Assembly: GCA_964234715.1 (NCBI GenBank)
Contig: OZ174282.1
DNA: 64,000 bases
From: Podarcis melisellensis
Lineage: Eukaryota
Reading direction: 5' to 3' (one strand)
The notes beneath the pieces are model-generated. The model did not search any database and was not told where the DNA came from. It saw only the letters and a list, made by a program, of their open reading frames with translations. The translations under genes and the position numbers were made by a program. Positions 1 to 13,100 of the stretch are shown here, piece after piece; the first letter of the stretch is position 1, and each line of letters opens with the position of its first letter.

Positions 1-1100
1 TACTGGGTGGAACGATGTGGAATTAAACGGTGCGCGAAGGCTACACCTGGGCAACCCTAGCTCAAGCAGGACGCGTGCGCCCTACGCACACCAGCGCATT
101 TACGCTAAGACAGCGAAAGGCCGCAGCCTCCTGCAAAACGTGGCTGCAAACACCCAGGAGCCACGACGCTCCGCAGCGCCCTCTTCTGACCGCGACAACC
201 TTTCCCCCGCCCCCTCCAGCAGAAGCGCTTGATTGGCTGATCTGCAACGACGCCACCCTCTCCCCTCCCGGCGATTGGGTATGCCGGTTAAAACGAGAGG
301 CAATCGTTGGCTGAGCTGCCCGTCTCTCTCTTTTTCACTCGCTTTCCCCTCCCCCGGGCCCGCCTCTTTTTTCCCGAAGGCGTCACGGGACTCCGCCCGC
401 CCACCGCTTTCCCTCCCCTGATTCCCGCGCGAAGTGACGAGATCGGCGACGGCAGGGAGGATGATTCACTAAGCCAAAGGAGGGAGGCGAGGGGGCAGCG
501 GCGAAGGACGGGCTCTCGCGCTTCTGCCGCGCGGTGCATGTCGGGAGACGGAGCAGCGCTCTCTGCGGCCAGGCAGGAGGAGTCAAGATGGACGCGGGAT
601 TCTTCCGCGTAAGTGCTGAGGCCGGGGTGAAAAGCAACGGCGGCGGGAGGGACGGAGAAGAGGCGGCGGCTGCAGGGAGGGTGGCGTAGGGGGTCTCCCG
701 TGTCCTCTGTCCCCGGACCCCCGCCTGACGCGTGCCAGGCCGGCCCTTTCTCTTCCCCTCCCCGTGTGTGGAGCCGAGGCGGAGAAAATGGCGGCGGCGC
801 GCGGCTCCTTTCCAGCGCGAGGCAGAAACGCGAAGGTGGGGGGCGAACGGAGGGGGGACTCTTCCTCCTCACGCGCTGCCCCCCTTTTTTGTCCCTTCTG
901 TCTGCCTCTTTATTCCTCCTCATCCGCCCCCGAAGCCGTCGTTCTTCTCGTGGGTTTTCCTTTTTGTCTCCGCTGCTGCGAAGCCGTCGCCCGCCGACAG
1001 GAAGGAGGAAGCGAAGGGCCCCGAGGCGCCTGGGCCTCCCCGCACCTTTCAAATTAACTCATCCCACATGCACCCTAAACCTGCACCCTTAGGTTTAGTT
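1..1100 (+). promoter_or_regulatory. CpG island / TATA-less promoter of SRRM1
   Basis: Very GC- and CpG-rich against AT-rich flanks. Inverted CCAAT boxes (ATTGG) at 232-236 and 274-278, GC boxes, and a YY1-type AAAATGGCGGC at 785-795. Surrounds the first coding exon. Confidence 0.85.
588..608 (+). CDS. SRRM1: SRRM1 coding exon 1 (MDAGFFR)
   Basis: Strong Kozak context AAGATGG; donor CGC|GTAAGT at 609. Confidence 0.95.
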
Positions 1101-4100
1101 CTCGGTGGTATTAATAATCGTCCCTTCCTCCATTAATAGCTTTGAGGACGAATCGTCCCTTTCATTCTGATATACACGGTTGGTCAATACGTTTCTGAAG
1201 CCTCAATATCCAGCCTATTCCCTCGTTTACCTCCCTCATCTCCTTCCTCCCCACCCCCGCCCAAAGCCAACCCTGCTTTTGTTTGGTCGAATTTGGGAAG
1301 CTGCCTTTGCTTTTTATGCACTTTTTATTTTTGTGGACTAGATAGAACTTGTTTTGTTAGACTCATAAATAGGAAGAGTTAAGATAGATATCGAAACCAT
1401 TGCATACATTTAAGTACAGTATACGAATGTGTACATTTTTTGCTCTGGATTAGCAGTGCAGAACAAGCGGCTTTCCAGATGTTGCTGGATTCCAGCTCCC
1501 ACCGTTTTTGACCATTGACCATGCTGGCAGAGGTTGATGGGAGCTACAGTCTGATAACATTTGTAGGGCCACAAGTTCCTCACCCCTGCTTTTGATATAT
1601 ATAAAAAATTGTCCAGTAGCACCTTAAAGACCAACTAAGTTTGTTCTTGGTATAAGCTTTCGTGTGCATGCACACTTCTTCAGATCTGAAGAATGCACAC
1701 GAAAGCTTATACCAAACTTAGTTGGTCTCTAAGGTGCTACTGGACAATTTTTTATATATATTTCGACTGCATCAGACCAACACGACTACCTACTTGAATC
1801 TAAATCCCTGCTCTGTAGTCTCTGCTAATCATACTTATTGTAGATGCTTATTGTACACACATATGTACATCTGCATACCTAATTTTCACAAGCTTATTGA
1901 AAACCCGTGCATCTAAATGGGGATGGTGGTAATAGGGCCAAAAATTATGTGAAGTGAAAGAGATATCTGTAAATGTCCTGTGTGTAACTCGGTTAAGAGA
2001 CACAAGCACAGTACTTTGGTAGTAACAAAACACTACTTTAACATATTTAGTCTGAGGAAATCCCTAATCTTGACTCAGAACCAAAATGCAAGTCCATTTT
2101 TTAAAATCCAGGTGATAATTCCACTATGCAGCAGCAGATGAGTGCCTTTTCTGTTATTCCTGTGTTGCAAGAGGACAGACAAAACACAAGTATACAAATG
2201 TGTGGGGTAAACTTTTTTGCTTTAGTTTGTCTTTTTGGTGAGCAGTGGAAGGTTTGTGTAATATGCACCCAAATCAGTTGTTTTCAGATTTGAGGAGAGT
2301 CTTCCAATATCAGGTTGATTGCAGTAGAGCCTTTGAATGTGGAACCACTTCCATGCAGTTGAATTTCAGGAGCATATCAGTAGTGACTCATTATAGAAAA
2401 ATTCCAATCATCTGAAGGCTTACTACCCTGAAATCTGATACGATGAAAGCAGTATATAAACATTTCCAAAAAATGAAGAAATTTAATAAAAGTCCCCAGA
2501 AACTTTTGAAAACATTAGCATTAGGGTATAACAGCAGCCCTGTTACATAATGTTAGGTGACCAACCTGTAGTAAAGGCAGCATGAGTTTGTGGACAAACT
2601 TGAATGTTAAACCTGCACTGATGCCTGCTCCCCAACATGGTAAACTAGAGTAAAAAATTATCCTAAGGTACTGTTGTATGCGTACTACAGTACATTATAG
2701 GAGCTCTAATACTACATCATCATAATGATTATTATATTTATATCCTGCCTTTATTCCACAGAGCTCAAGGTAGCATGTGTGGCTCTGTTCATTTATACTT
2801 ACAACAACCCTGTGAGCTCAGCTTAAGCTGAGAGATGGTGACTGGCCCAAGGTCAGCCAGTGAATTTCATGGCTGAGTTGGAATTTTATCCCAGATTCCC
2901 AGTCCCTAGGCCGACACTATTCACTGACTCTCTTTGGACTTTGTGATAGTCTTACACTGCCCTTAGATGGTGTTAGAATCTTGGTCTCTACTAGTAAACT
3001 TTTTTGTTCTCTTTTTGAGGTGTTAAAGGCATTCTGGTGCTAGGTTTGAGGAGTCAGTCAGTTGTCTGATCAAATATTGTCAAACTGACCAGGTACTTGA
3101 CCACTGATTCTTTGGCCATAATCAAATACAGTATTACACAACAGTGTTCTTATTGTGTAAGTGGCAGTTGGTGTTTTAGTGCATCATGAGGTCAATTTAA
3201 TAGTGGTTACTTTCAAGTTCTACAGGAGTCACACATGCATGGACCTTGTTGCCAGGTACCTATTGCCCTGCAGCTGTATCCACCGTCTTTCCCCTCACAA
3301 ATAAGTCATAAAATACAGCCTCTCCTATGAAATAGATAAATAAATATATTTACACAGTATCTGGACTGGTGAGAGAGTATTTCATTCATAAAATAAAGGA
3401 ATTGTGAATATGCTTGGGAACATTTCACCCTGAGCTTTTTAGAATACTTTTTCCTTTGAAAAGAAACTCCACATGTAGAATTCCAGACTTTTTGTTAACA
3501 AAAAGTGGAAAGCATATCACAAGGAATCAGGAAAATAGCTCTTGCTTTCTAAAGAAAGCATGATAGTGGTAACACATACTTAGGGCTGGGATGCCCATTA
3601 AGTTCTAAAGAATAACTTATGTGAACGGTACAGCTTGAATCTTTGAGTGTGCACAAAATTCCTTTTTAAATGGAAAACACGTTCCAAAAAGTCCCAGAAG
3701 GTGACATGTTTTTGAGCACATTTATTGAGCACATTTTGTGAATGAAAAGTTTCCTCACCAATCCAGCTACTGTAAGCTTTTCCAATCATGTTTCATTAAG
3801 ATTAAATATTTTGTTTGATAAAGAGCGTCCTTGAAATTTTGGGAACCATATCTATTTGGTGTTGTGCCCAGTGTCTTTTTTTATCCTTGGATTTTTCTGC
3901 TCCTGTAATTGATCTTCTGATTGGACAGGATGTCATGACCTGTTGTGTTTGGCAATTCAAGCAATCCAAGAATGTTAAAGGAAGGTCGAAGCACTCTTTT
4001 GATGATGGCTACACCTCCTAGCATTGCACAAAATATTTGCATAGAACCTAGATGGTCACTGGTGAACGATTAATCCTTATGTCCTAGTCTGAGATACGTT

Positions 4101-7100
4101 TTGCTAATCATAGAGCAACATACTAGAGCACCTGGTAATAATAGTGGCTCTGTTCCAATAGAGGGAATAATAAGCAGCCAGCTTTTATGTTATATAACCA
4201 CATTGTAATAAAACATCTGCTCTCTGAATTAGAGTTTTTCAACAGTTACCTGTTCTGCATATAGCTTTTAAAGACATGCATGCAAGTATTGTTAGTTTCT
4301 GTGGTCTGCAAAATACTGGACTGTGGTTTGTAACCAGCAAAGTTTTGCTGAGTGTAGATTCACTGAAATTAACTGACCTAAGATTTCCATTAATTTAAAT
4401 GGTTCTGAGTATGACCTAACATTGGATACAAAACTCAGTTTTTAACCCTCCCACCCACCAAACCATTGGGGTTGCTGTAAATCATAGCAGTTATTGGAAA
4501 TATTTGTAAAGGCTGAACCGCTTCATACTCCATGTACATACTTGTTAGCATGTGGTCAGTTGTATTGTGGTTTTTCATCTCTTTCCTCATCCCCTTTAGG
4601 TTGTTTTTTTTATTGCATTTTACTTACTAAGAGATCCTAGTATAATGAATGGAAAAGTACCCAGTGCCAATTCTTTTTTTTAAATGTGATATCAGTAAAA
4701 TCTATTTTCTAATGTTTAACAAGGCATTTTGAAATGAACCATGAGTGAAGAGACCCACTGAAATCAGTGGACATGTACTAAAACTAAGAATAATACTGGA
4801 TTTTCCCCTTTGTACACTTTAAAGGGTGTATGTGATCCCAATAGGACATACTTTCAGAACATATGGTGCAAGAAAGATAAGGCCCAGTGATAATGGGATT
4901 TCTCTTTTTGGTCAGCTTTCTGTCATAGTGAATTGGTCCATTAACAGGTTTCTGAATGCAGTAGTTCCTCTTTTATTAAGACTGTGGCAAACTCTCCCAT
5001 ATCCTCCTCCTGCTTCCATTTTCTATATATAAAATATCAGCATTGAATGATGTTAACCTTCTGAGTAATTCATATGAAGCTTGAATCCCCATTACTTGAT
5101 AGCTCACCTGTCAAATCCTATTTATAGTCTTAAGATATTTAAAAAGCTAGTGATGTGAAATTTTTAAGTTGCTTTCTAATGTTGGCTGGAAATTATTTGA
5201 GAGATTGCTTGGTAGCTATACAGTTTTCTAAAAGTTTGTGGCATATAGGATTCCATGTGGAGATGGTAGAATTGTTGGGGCATTTTAAGGTTTAATGCCA
5301 TTCTGCTGTTGAGAATTGGGTCGTGGGTGGTAATAAATCTTACAGCGAAGATGAGAAACCTGTGGCCCTCAATAAGTTAGCATCAAGAAATATCTTTGAT
5401 TAGTTAAATTAGTTAACTGTATTTTATTAAATTAGTTAACTGTATTTAAAATTTACTCAGTTGTTTTATTCTTACAGGGAACTAGCGCTGAACAGGACAA
5501 CCGCTTCAGCAACAAACAGAAGAAGCTACTAAAGCAACTGAAATTTGCAGAATGTCTAGAAAAGAAAGTATGTTCCCTTTGTTGTATTTGGAGAGTGATA
5601 TGGAATTCTTAAAAAAAAAACACCCTTAATAAATACAGAAGATGCTTTTTGAATTTAACTAACTGAGCTAAAGCTAATAGAGCATTAAGAATAACTTGTT
5701 GTCTTGCACTTTAAATAGAATAGGTTTTTAAAGCTAATGGAGAATTTATGTTGGGATACAAACACGAAGTTGTGTCATTTTTCAGTCAAGGCTTCCACCC
5801 CATTGCAAAGAACTCTAGAAAAGAACTGTGAATAGTTTCATGCCTGGAGTCCAAAGACAAATTTGCTATTGAATAAATCATTTCAGCTGCAGTCTTTAAA
5901 TCATGGTTTCTCAGGAAAACGGGGGCTGCCACTAGCATTGTTAGATCACTAGTGGGCCCAAGCTGTTTTGGGTAGTCCGTGTCCACTTGTCCCACACCTG
6001 ATGTTCTAAGTGGCATGAGGCACAAGAAATGTCACGGCAAAAGTAAAATGAAGAAGCATCAGGAACACACTCTTTAAGTGCACTCCTGATTCTTCCTTTG
6101 CATCACCAGCTTAAATTCAGGCATATGGTTTACCATATGGTGGTGCTTCAGTGATACTTTAAAGTGATAGAGAATGCTCTGTTTCAAGTATCAAGCTAAT
6201 ACCTTCTACTGATAAACTAGAAAACTAATGTTTCCAAGCACTGCTATTGCTTGCTGTGCTTGTGTGCATTGCTATGGCATGAAAAACTGCTAGTTGGAGA
6301 CCAGAAGTCTTAAGTGACTGAACAAAAGAAATGTTAGCATTAAATATAATTCATGTTTTTGGTTGATCAATGTAGGTGGACATGAGCAAAGTAAACCTGG
6401 AAGTAATCAAGCCATGGATAACAAAAAGAGTAACGGAAATCCTTGGATTTGAAGATGATGTAGTAATTGAATTTATATTCAACCAGTTGGAAGTGAAGGT
6501 AATGATTTTGCTGTGGCTGTATTTACACATTTGTAAATGTATTGCATTATTGTTCTGCCAAAACTGAATTTTTTTCTATCAAAAACAGTTGATGGAATTA
6601 GGAGGGGTTTTGTTACAATGTATATTGTGAATAAATTCAACTTGTAAAACATTTTGTTAAGGTTGACAGTTTTAGTGAAGGTGCATAGTTTGCAAAACTA
6701 CTCAGGTGAAAAATCAGACTTACTGTGTTGATTTTGCTGTTACGTGTTAAGCTACTTTGACAGCAATTTTCTAATGATGATGTGATTTATGATTTAAAAG
6801 GCCTGAACCAAAATGGAAGTTATTCCTTGCGTCTGAAGTATAGCACCATCACCTTATTAGGTCACAGCAGAGTGAGTGTCCAATGTCGCTCTGACCAACT
6901 CCCTTGATGATGCAGTGTGTGTTTGGAGGTGAGTTGTGTAAAGTGGCCGAACCAAAGACTGACAAAGCATCCAGCAGAAAGCCATTGGGCAAAGCTTTAC
7001 ACTGCTCTTGAAATTGTTGTGAATTAGATCAGATTAAATGTAAAGCATAAGGTGCAGTTCTAAATTGGTAAGAGGCGTTCAGTGGAGACCTACTCTGTAT

Positions 7101-10100
7101 AGAACTGTGGCTGTGTTCAGTAGGGATAGAGGGGTGATATATTAATTACAGTAAAAATATGCTTCAGGTTGCTAAAGACGAAACCTTATAAGTGTAAGCC
7201 ACCTTCCACTGAAATTAGTGGCAAGACACCCATCTTAAGTTAATGGAACTGAATTGCACCACTGGAATACAGCTAAACAGTTACCAGTTGTGTAACATGA
7301 ACTTCAAAAATGAAACTGAGTTCATGATAAACTCAGTCTTTTATCTTAAACAGTCTGCCACTGCATCCCAAGAGTCAGTACAGTATTTTCTCTGAACTAA
7401 TGGCAGAAATGCTCTTGTGCTAATATACATTATGCTCAATCTTTCTTCCAAAGAATTCATCTTTATGATTTGACTGAACAGTTGACATTTCAACTGAGAA
7501 AGGTATTGCTGTTTTAAAAAAAGGTCATGGTGTATTTTGAATGTAAGATTTTATTTGTTAAAACAGCCATATTTGGAATCGTTTATGTAATTGCATAGAA
7601 ATCGTAACTGGGGAGGAAAATTTAAGGGATCAGCTAATAAAGTAAGAATGTATAATGGGAAGTAGCTTTCTAACATGTATTAGTGTAATAAAACCTAGAT
7701 ATTCAGTTTTAGTTCCCCTTTGTACAAAGCATGATTTAAACTTTAGAATTAAAAAAAACAATTNNNNNNNNNNNNNNNNNNNNNNNNNNNNNNNNNNNNN
7801 NNNNNNNNNNNNNNNNNNNNNNNNNNNNNNNNNNNNNNNNNNNNNNNNNNNNNNNNNNNNNNNNNNNNNNNNNNNNNNNNNNNNNNNNNNNNNNNNNNNN
7901 NNNNNNNNNNNNNNNNNNNNNNNNNNNNNNNNNNNNNNNNNNNNNNNNNNNNNNNNNNNNNNNNNNNNNNNNNNNNNNNNNNNNNNNNNNNNTGTTATAT
8001 GGACCTTGTTGCTTTGACCAACAATGTTAGAAATAAAGTGCCCACTTATACTGTGAGCCAAACTTGACCTCTTAATCCTTTGTGGGCATTGCATAAATGT
8101 CATAAAAAACAGATATGGCAGCTTTCATTCCATAAACGTGTCAGTGAAGGCTTAGTCTAGTTTGCTGATGAAAGTAAGAGAATGCATGCATAAATTTTTG
8201 TTCAGTTTTCACAGCAGGACACAGCAGGGTTATTGTAGATGATGATTCTGTAATGTTAAATAAGTGTACAGCTTCTGTCCATTGTACGGATCACAGTAAG
8301 CAAAAACAAAACAAAACAAATATTTTCAAGCAGCAGTACCAAAGACTATTGGGGAAGAATGTTTAGAAAGTTAACTACAAAGAAACTTATGTCAACTATT
8401 ATGATGCTGCTATACTAAATTCATGCCCCACAGCTGTAGCGGCTGCAGAGACCAAAATGCTTATGAAATCCACAAAGGATTAACAGGCCATTTTGAATGT
8501 AAATGGTATGACGAGAAAATTGGTAAACTGTTAGGACTATGTTGCTGAGCAACTTTTAGGGCAAGTTTTTTAAACTAGTAATGAGCTTAATATACTGTAG
8601 CCCCATGGTAGAATATTGTGAAAATTAAAATGACTTATCTGAGTTTTTTCTTTCTTTCAAATAACCTGTATTTCTTCCTGTCACATCTCTTTGCAGAATC
8701 CAGATTCCAAAATGATGCAAATCAACCTGACTGGGTTCTTGAATGGGAAAAATGCTAGAGAGTTCATGGGAGAACTGTGGCCACTACTGTTAAGTGCACA
8801 AGAAAACATTGCTGGTATTCCATCTGCTTTCCTGGAGCTGAAGAAAGAAGAAATAAAACAGAGACAGGTAAACTTCAACAGTGCCAGTTGATGGGTTCAA
8901 ACCCCTATTCAAATATGAACTTGTAAAATGTCTCTGGACAAACCACAGAGCATCTTAAGTAAATTGGGAGTTTTCTAGATCAAAAGCGGGGCTTGAACGA
9001 AAACGAATTGAACAGAAACTGTGTTAACTCTAGATATTAAGAGTGAGAGCCCTAACCATAACTACTCATAAATAAGTTCTTTTGAATTTAGTAGGACTTA
9101 CTCCCAGGAAAGCAGGGTTAGAATTGCAACCTAAGTGTAATATTAATACAATAATCAGTACAAGTTTAAAACTATTCAGTTCACCAACTCTGTTACATGG
9201 TGAACAGTTATTTCCTTTTACAGAAAGATGAGTTCTTGTGAGTGTTTGTTTTATTAAAGATGTGATTACGAAAGATCACGTGTGGAAATGTGAACATGGT
9301 ATTGATTTGTACACATAATTGCTGTTCCTGGCAAAAAGGTGGTCAAATCATCTGCTGTGTACAGTAAGCCCACAACCTATGCACATTTAACTTGTGTGTA
9401 GTCAGCTTTATGTGCATGGCAAATAATAATAAAAATAATAAAAATGGGGTAGGGTTCTGGGAAAAATGTATTTGAATCATTGAACCCATTGTGTTTTGAC
9501 TAGACATGACTTTGGATTTAGGTGTGATGCCCAGAACATAACCCCGGTGAAAGTTGTGGACTTGGTTTCGTGCTCACTTCTACTCTGAAGAATGACTCCT
9601 TTTTGAGTTTCTGCACTCAAGGCACTTATTTTTTAGCTCCCAGAATTGCATGATATTTAACTATTTAGAAAGAGCAACAATGGCAAACACCCTTCTCAGG
9701 TTCAGAGTGTGGCATGGCTCATCACATTATATCTATCTTCAGTTTTCTGAAGGCATTAAAAGCTCAGGTTCTGCTACCCCAAGTGTTTGGAATAATAAAT
9801 CAGCATTTTACAGTGTCTGATCTTGATTGTAAATAATTTGTCCTTCCACTGTCCTACCATTGTCAGCTGTTTTCCCCAAACGCAGAACAAAGTGTGTGCA
9901 GTCTATTCTATCCTGTTAGTGCTTTAAATGTTTTACATCATAGTAGCAGCATATTAATTATCAGGTGACTCTAGAAATAAAGTACACCAGAAGTTGGGCT
10001 TATACAAATGATTTTAATATTTGATATACTAATTCAGTTTAGCATTATGAGATTTTATGGTTGACGTGGGGTTTCAAAGTTAGCACCTATCCACTTACCA

Positions 10101-13100
10101 TGCCTAACCAGCCAGTTTTAACTATGGCTTCCAGTAATCTACTGAGGGGCAGAGACACTTCACTCTCTGCTAATGTTCATGTCATTGTGTAATTTGTCTT
10201 AGTGGTTTTCCTCTTTGAGCCTCCTGGTTTGAATGCATTTATTCAGCTCTGTGTTATTCTTGATGTAAATGTACCTGAGCTAAAGTAGCATAGCGGCTTA
10301 TTCATAGAACAATGAATTCACAAGTCTCCAGATCAGTTTTTTGTTTGTTTGTTTGTTTGTTTTTGCTTTGACCTCACCAGATGACTTTAGACAAGCCACT
10401 TGCTTCTGCATTTTGAGGAAAATATTTGGTTACCTTATTGGGTGGTTGTAAAGACAAGATAATGCATTTGAAGCATTCAGAACACACTATATAAAGAACA
10501 CTCTATATCGATGTCTATGGTGTTAATATTTATTCTTTCAGTGGATTCAAGATTTTCTTCTCAGCCCATGCTTCTGAATTAAGGGCACATTAATGTTTAT
10601 TTCAGATTGAACAGGAAAAATTGGCTTCCATGAAGAAACAAGATGAAGACAAGGATAAGAGAGACAAGGAAGATAAAGAAAATAGAGAAAAGAGGGACAG
10701 ATCCCGAAGTCCCAGAAGGTATTACTTAAATGTGTGTGTGTGTGTTGTTATTTTCCAAATGACCCTTGCATGTGCTGAAGCTGTGGTAGAGCAGCTCTAA
10801 TAATTAAATTTTCTTGGGAATGTATCTTTTAGTATTTGAAGTCTAAATGCTCTGGCTAAAGCATTTTATCTTTCCCAGTTAACAGTGCTACAAGGTGTAC
10901 ATTTGTGTCCATGGCCCATGTATCATCTGTGCAAACTCCCAATATTAAACTGAGATCTTCAGGTTCTTTTTGCTAGAGCTATAACGTGTGCATTTGTTAC
11001 TAATATATGTTTACCCTCAACCTTGTGCTCACCAGAAGCTCACACACAAAAAGAATAAAAAAAGATGGGTTTATTACTTGAAATGAAAGTGACAGTGTAT
11101 ATAAATGCTATTTCAGACAGCAAAGTAAAAATATAAGCAAGTAGCAAGGGTGAAAAGGATAATTGGATTGGACATTAATATATTTTTCAAATTCCACAAG
11201 AAACTTGAATATAAATTGACTTTGTCCTAGGCGCAAATCAAGGTCTCCTTCCCCTAGAAGACGCTCATCCCCTATCAGGAAAGAGAGAAAACACAGCCAT
11301 TCCCGATCCCCACACCATAAAACAAAGAGTCGTAGTGTTACTCCTGCACCAGAAAAGAAAGAAGAGACTCCTGAGCCAGAACCTTCAATCAAAATAAAAG
11401 AAACATTGATCCAGGAGGCCACATCTACTAGGTATATCTACTTGCTGAGAAGTTTTCCTTTCTAGTTTTCTTCTCATATTACTCTGAAATGTGATATTCG
11501 ATGTCATGTGGAGTAGTGAATATAATTCAGAAAGCTGTAATTCTACACCAATTTTATTTAGTTATTTGTTCATCATTCTGGCTTGCTTTCATTACTTTTT
11601 GAATACATGTTGGACATAACCTAACAATACTACAGAAATGTGAAAATGTAAGATTGAACATGGGAATGGAAAGTGCCAGGAACTTTGTCTGAGGCATAAT
11701 CTACCAATCGGGAGTTGATGCTTTTGGTGTCCAAGTGCCTTAAACAAATCTCTTCTTCAATGAACACTGGACATACTGTTTTGGTTCAGAGTTCTTAGCT
11801 AACAGAAAGGGTGTCTTCTAGAATTACCTGCCATGTGTCTGTTAAGTGTTGCAGATTGCACCCTTAAATTATCTAAAGTCCCCCCCTCCAATTGTAATCT
11901 CTGGTTTAATCTTCAAAATGTATTTCAACAGTGATATTTTGAAAGTCCCCAAAATTGAGCCTGTGCCAGATACCAAGGAGCCATCTCCAGAAAGAATTTC
12001 AAAGAAGGAAAGGGAGAAAGAAAAGGAAAAAAACCGTCAAAGGACTCCTTCTCGATCCAAGTCAAGGTCAAAGTCTCGCTCACGGTCTGCATCTCATTCA
12101 AGACCAAGAAGGCGTCATAGATCACGATCCAGGTTAGAGGGTTGAAAGGTGTTTTTGCCCTGCTGGGCAGCACATGTGTTCTTTCTAAGTCACATCTGCC
12201 TCATCCAGTTTGGATGAAAAAATGGTAAAGCATTCCTCTTCCTCCTCCTCCTCCTCATTGTCCTCTTATCATTTCTTAGAGTTTGGACCGTTCCATGTTG
12301 TTTTTTCATGTGTGTGGTCATGGGAACAGCCTGTGATCACACCATGTCAAAACAGCCCCCACTCTTGTAAAATGAATTAGGACTTGATAGTTATCCGTGC
12401 AGGGCCAGTACAGGACATAGAGAGGAACTGCTTTGCTGCTTACACACACTGGTCTCCTTCAGCTCTTGATTGGTCTTTTGTTGCCTGTGTACTGAGACTT
12501 TCCAGGGCATGCTGGGTGCTTCCAGAGAAAGACATTTTGACTGACATAGATATGAAGAGCTCCTACTCCTTTACTGCACCAAATACTACTTTAACCTTAG
12601 GAATAATAAACTGTTCTATATTGATGCATCAGTACTGCAGTGGCACAGGCATTCTCCATGACCATCTCGGTAGAATGCTTAGCTTTGAGGAAGGACCCTT
12701 TCTCACCATTAAGCATCCAGGTATCTGTTGTGAGCTTTCCTGCAGCAACAAAGCAATAGGGGTGTTTCTTCCAGAGGGGTAAATGGCAGTGTGTGGCCAG
12801 GTAATTACACAGGTGTTTGCAATCTTCCTGTTACACTGAGACAAAACAGAAGGCCAGTCCTGCTCCAGGTTTTATAGCAGTAATATGCTCCACTGATAAG
12901 GAACTCCATTCAGAGAGTTGGCAAAGCTTTGGCCTTGTAAATCATTAAATTTAGTGTCTGAATTTTCATGAATTGATAGGTCTTACTCACCAAGAAGGCG
13001 GCCTAGCCCAAGACGACGCCCATCTCCTCGGAGAAGAACCCCACCAAGACGCATTCCACCTCCACCCAGACACAGAAGGAGTAGATCTCCTGTGAGACGG

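Noticed and set aside
288-1136. Long ORFs on both strands (254, 130 and 134 aa) in the SRRM1 CpG island
   Set aside because: Stop-poor GC-rich sequence giving low-complexity R/P/G translations with no recognisable domain; they run through exon 1 and intron 1.
7630-8103. ORFs of 157 and 120 aa
   Set aside because: Artefacts of the N gap.
12384-12844. 132-aa ORF and several GT donor-like sites in SRRM1 intron 7
   Set aside because: No recognisable protein and no convincing acceptor-donor pair. It could hide conserved regulatory sequence, but I cannot support that from the sequence alone.
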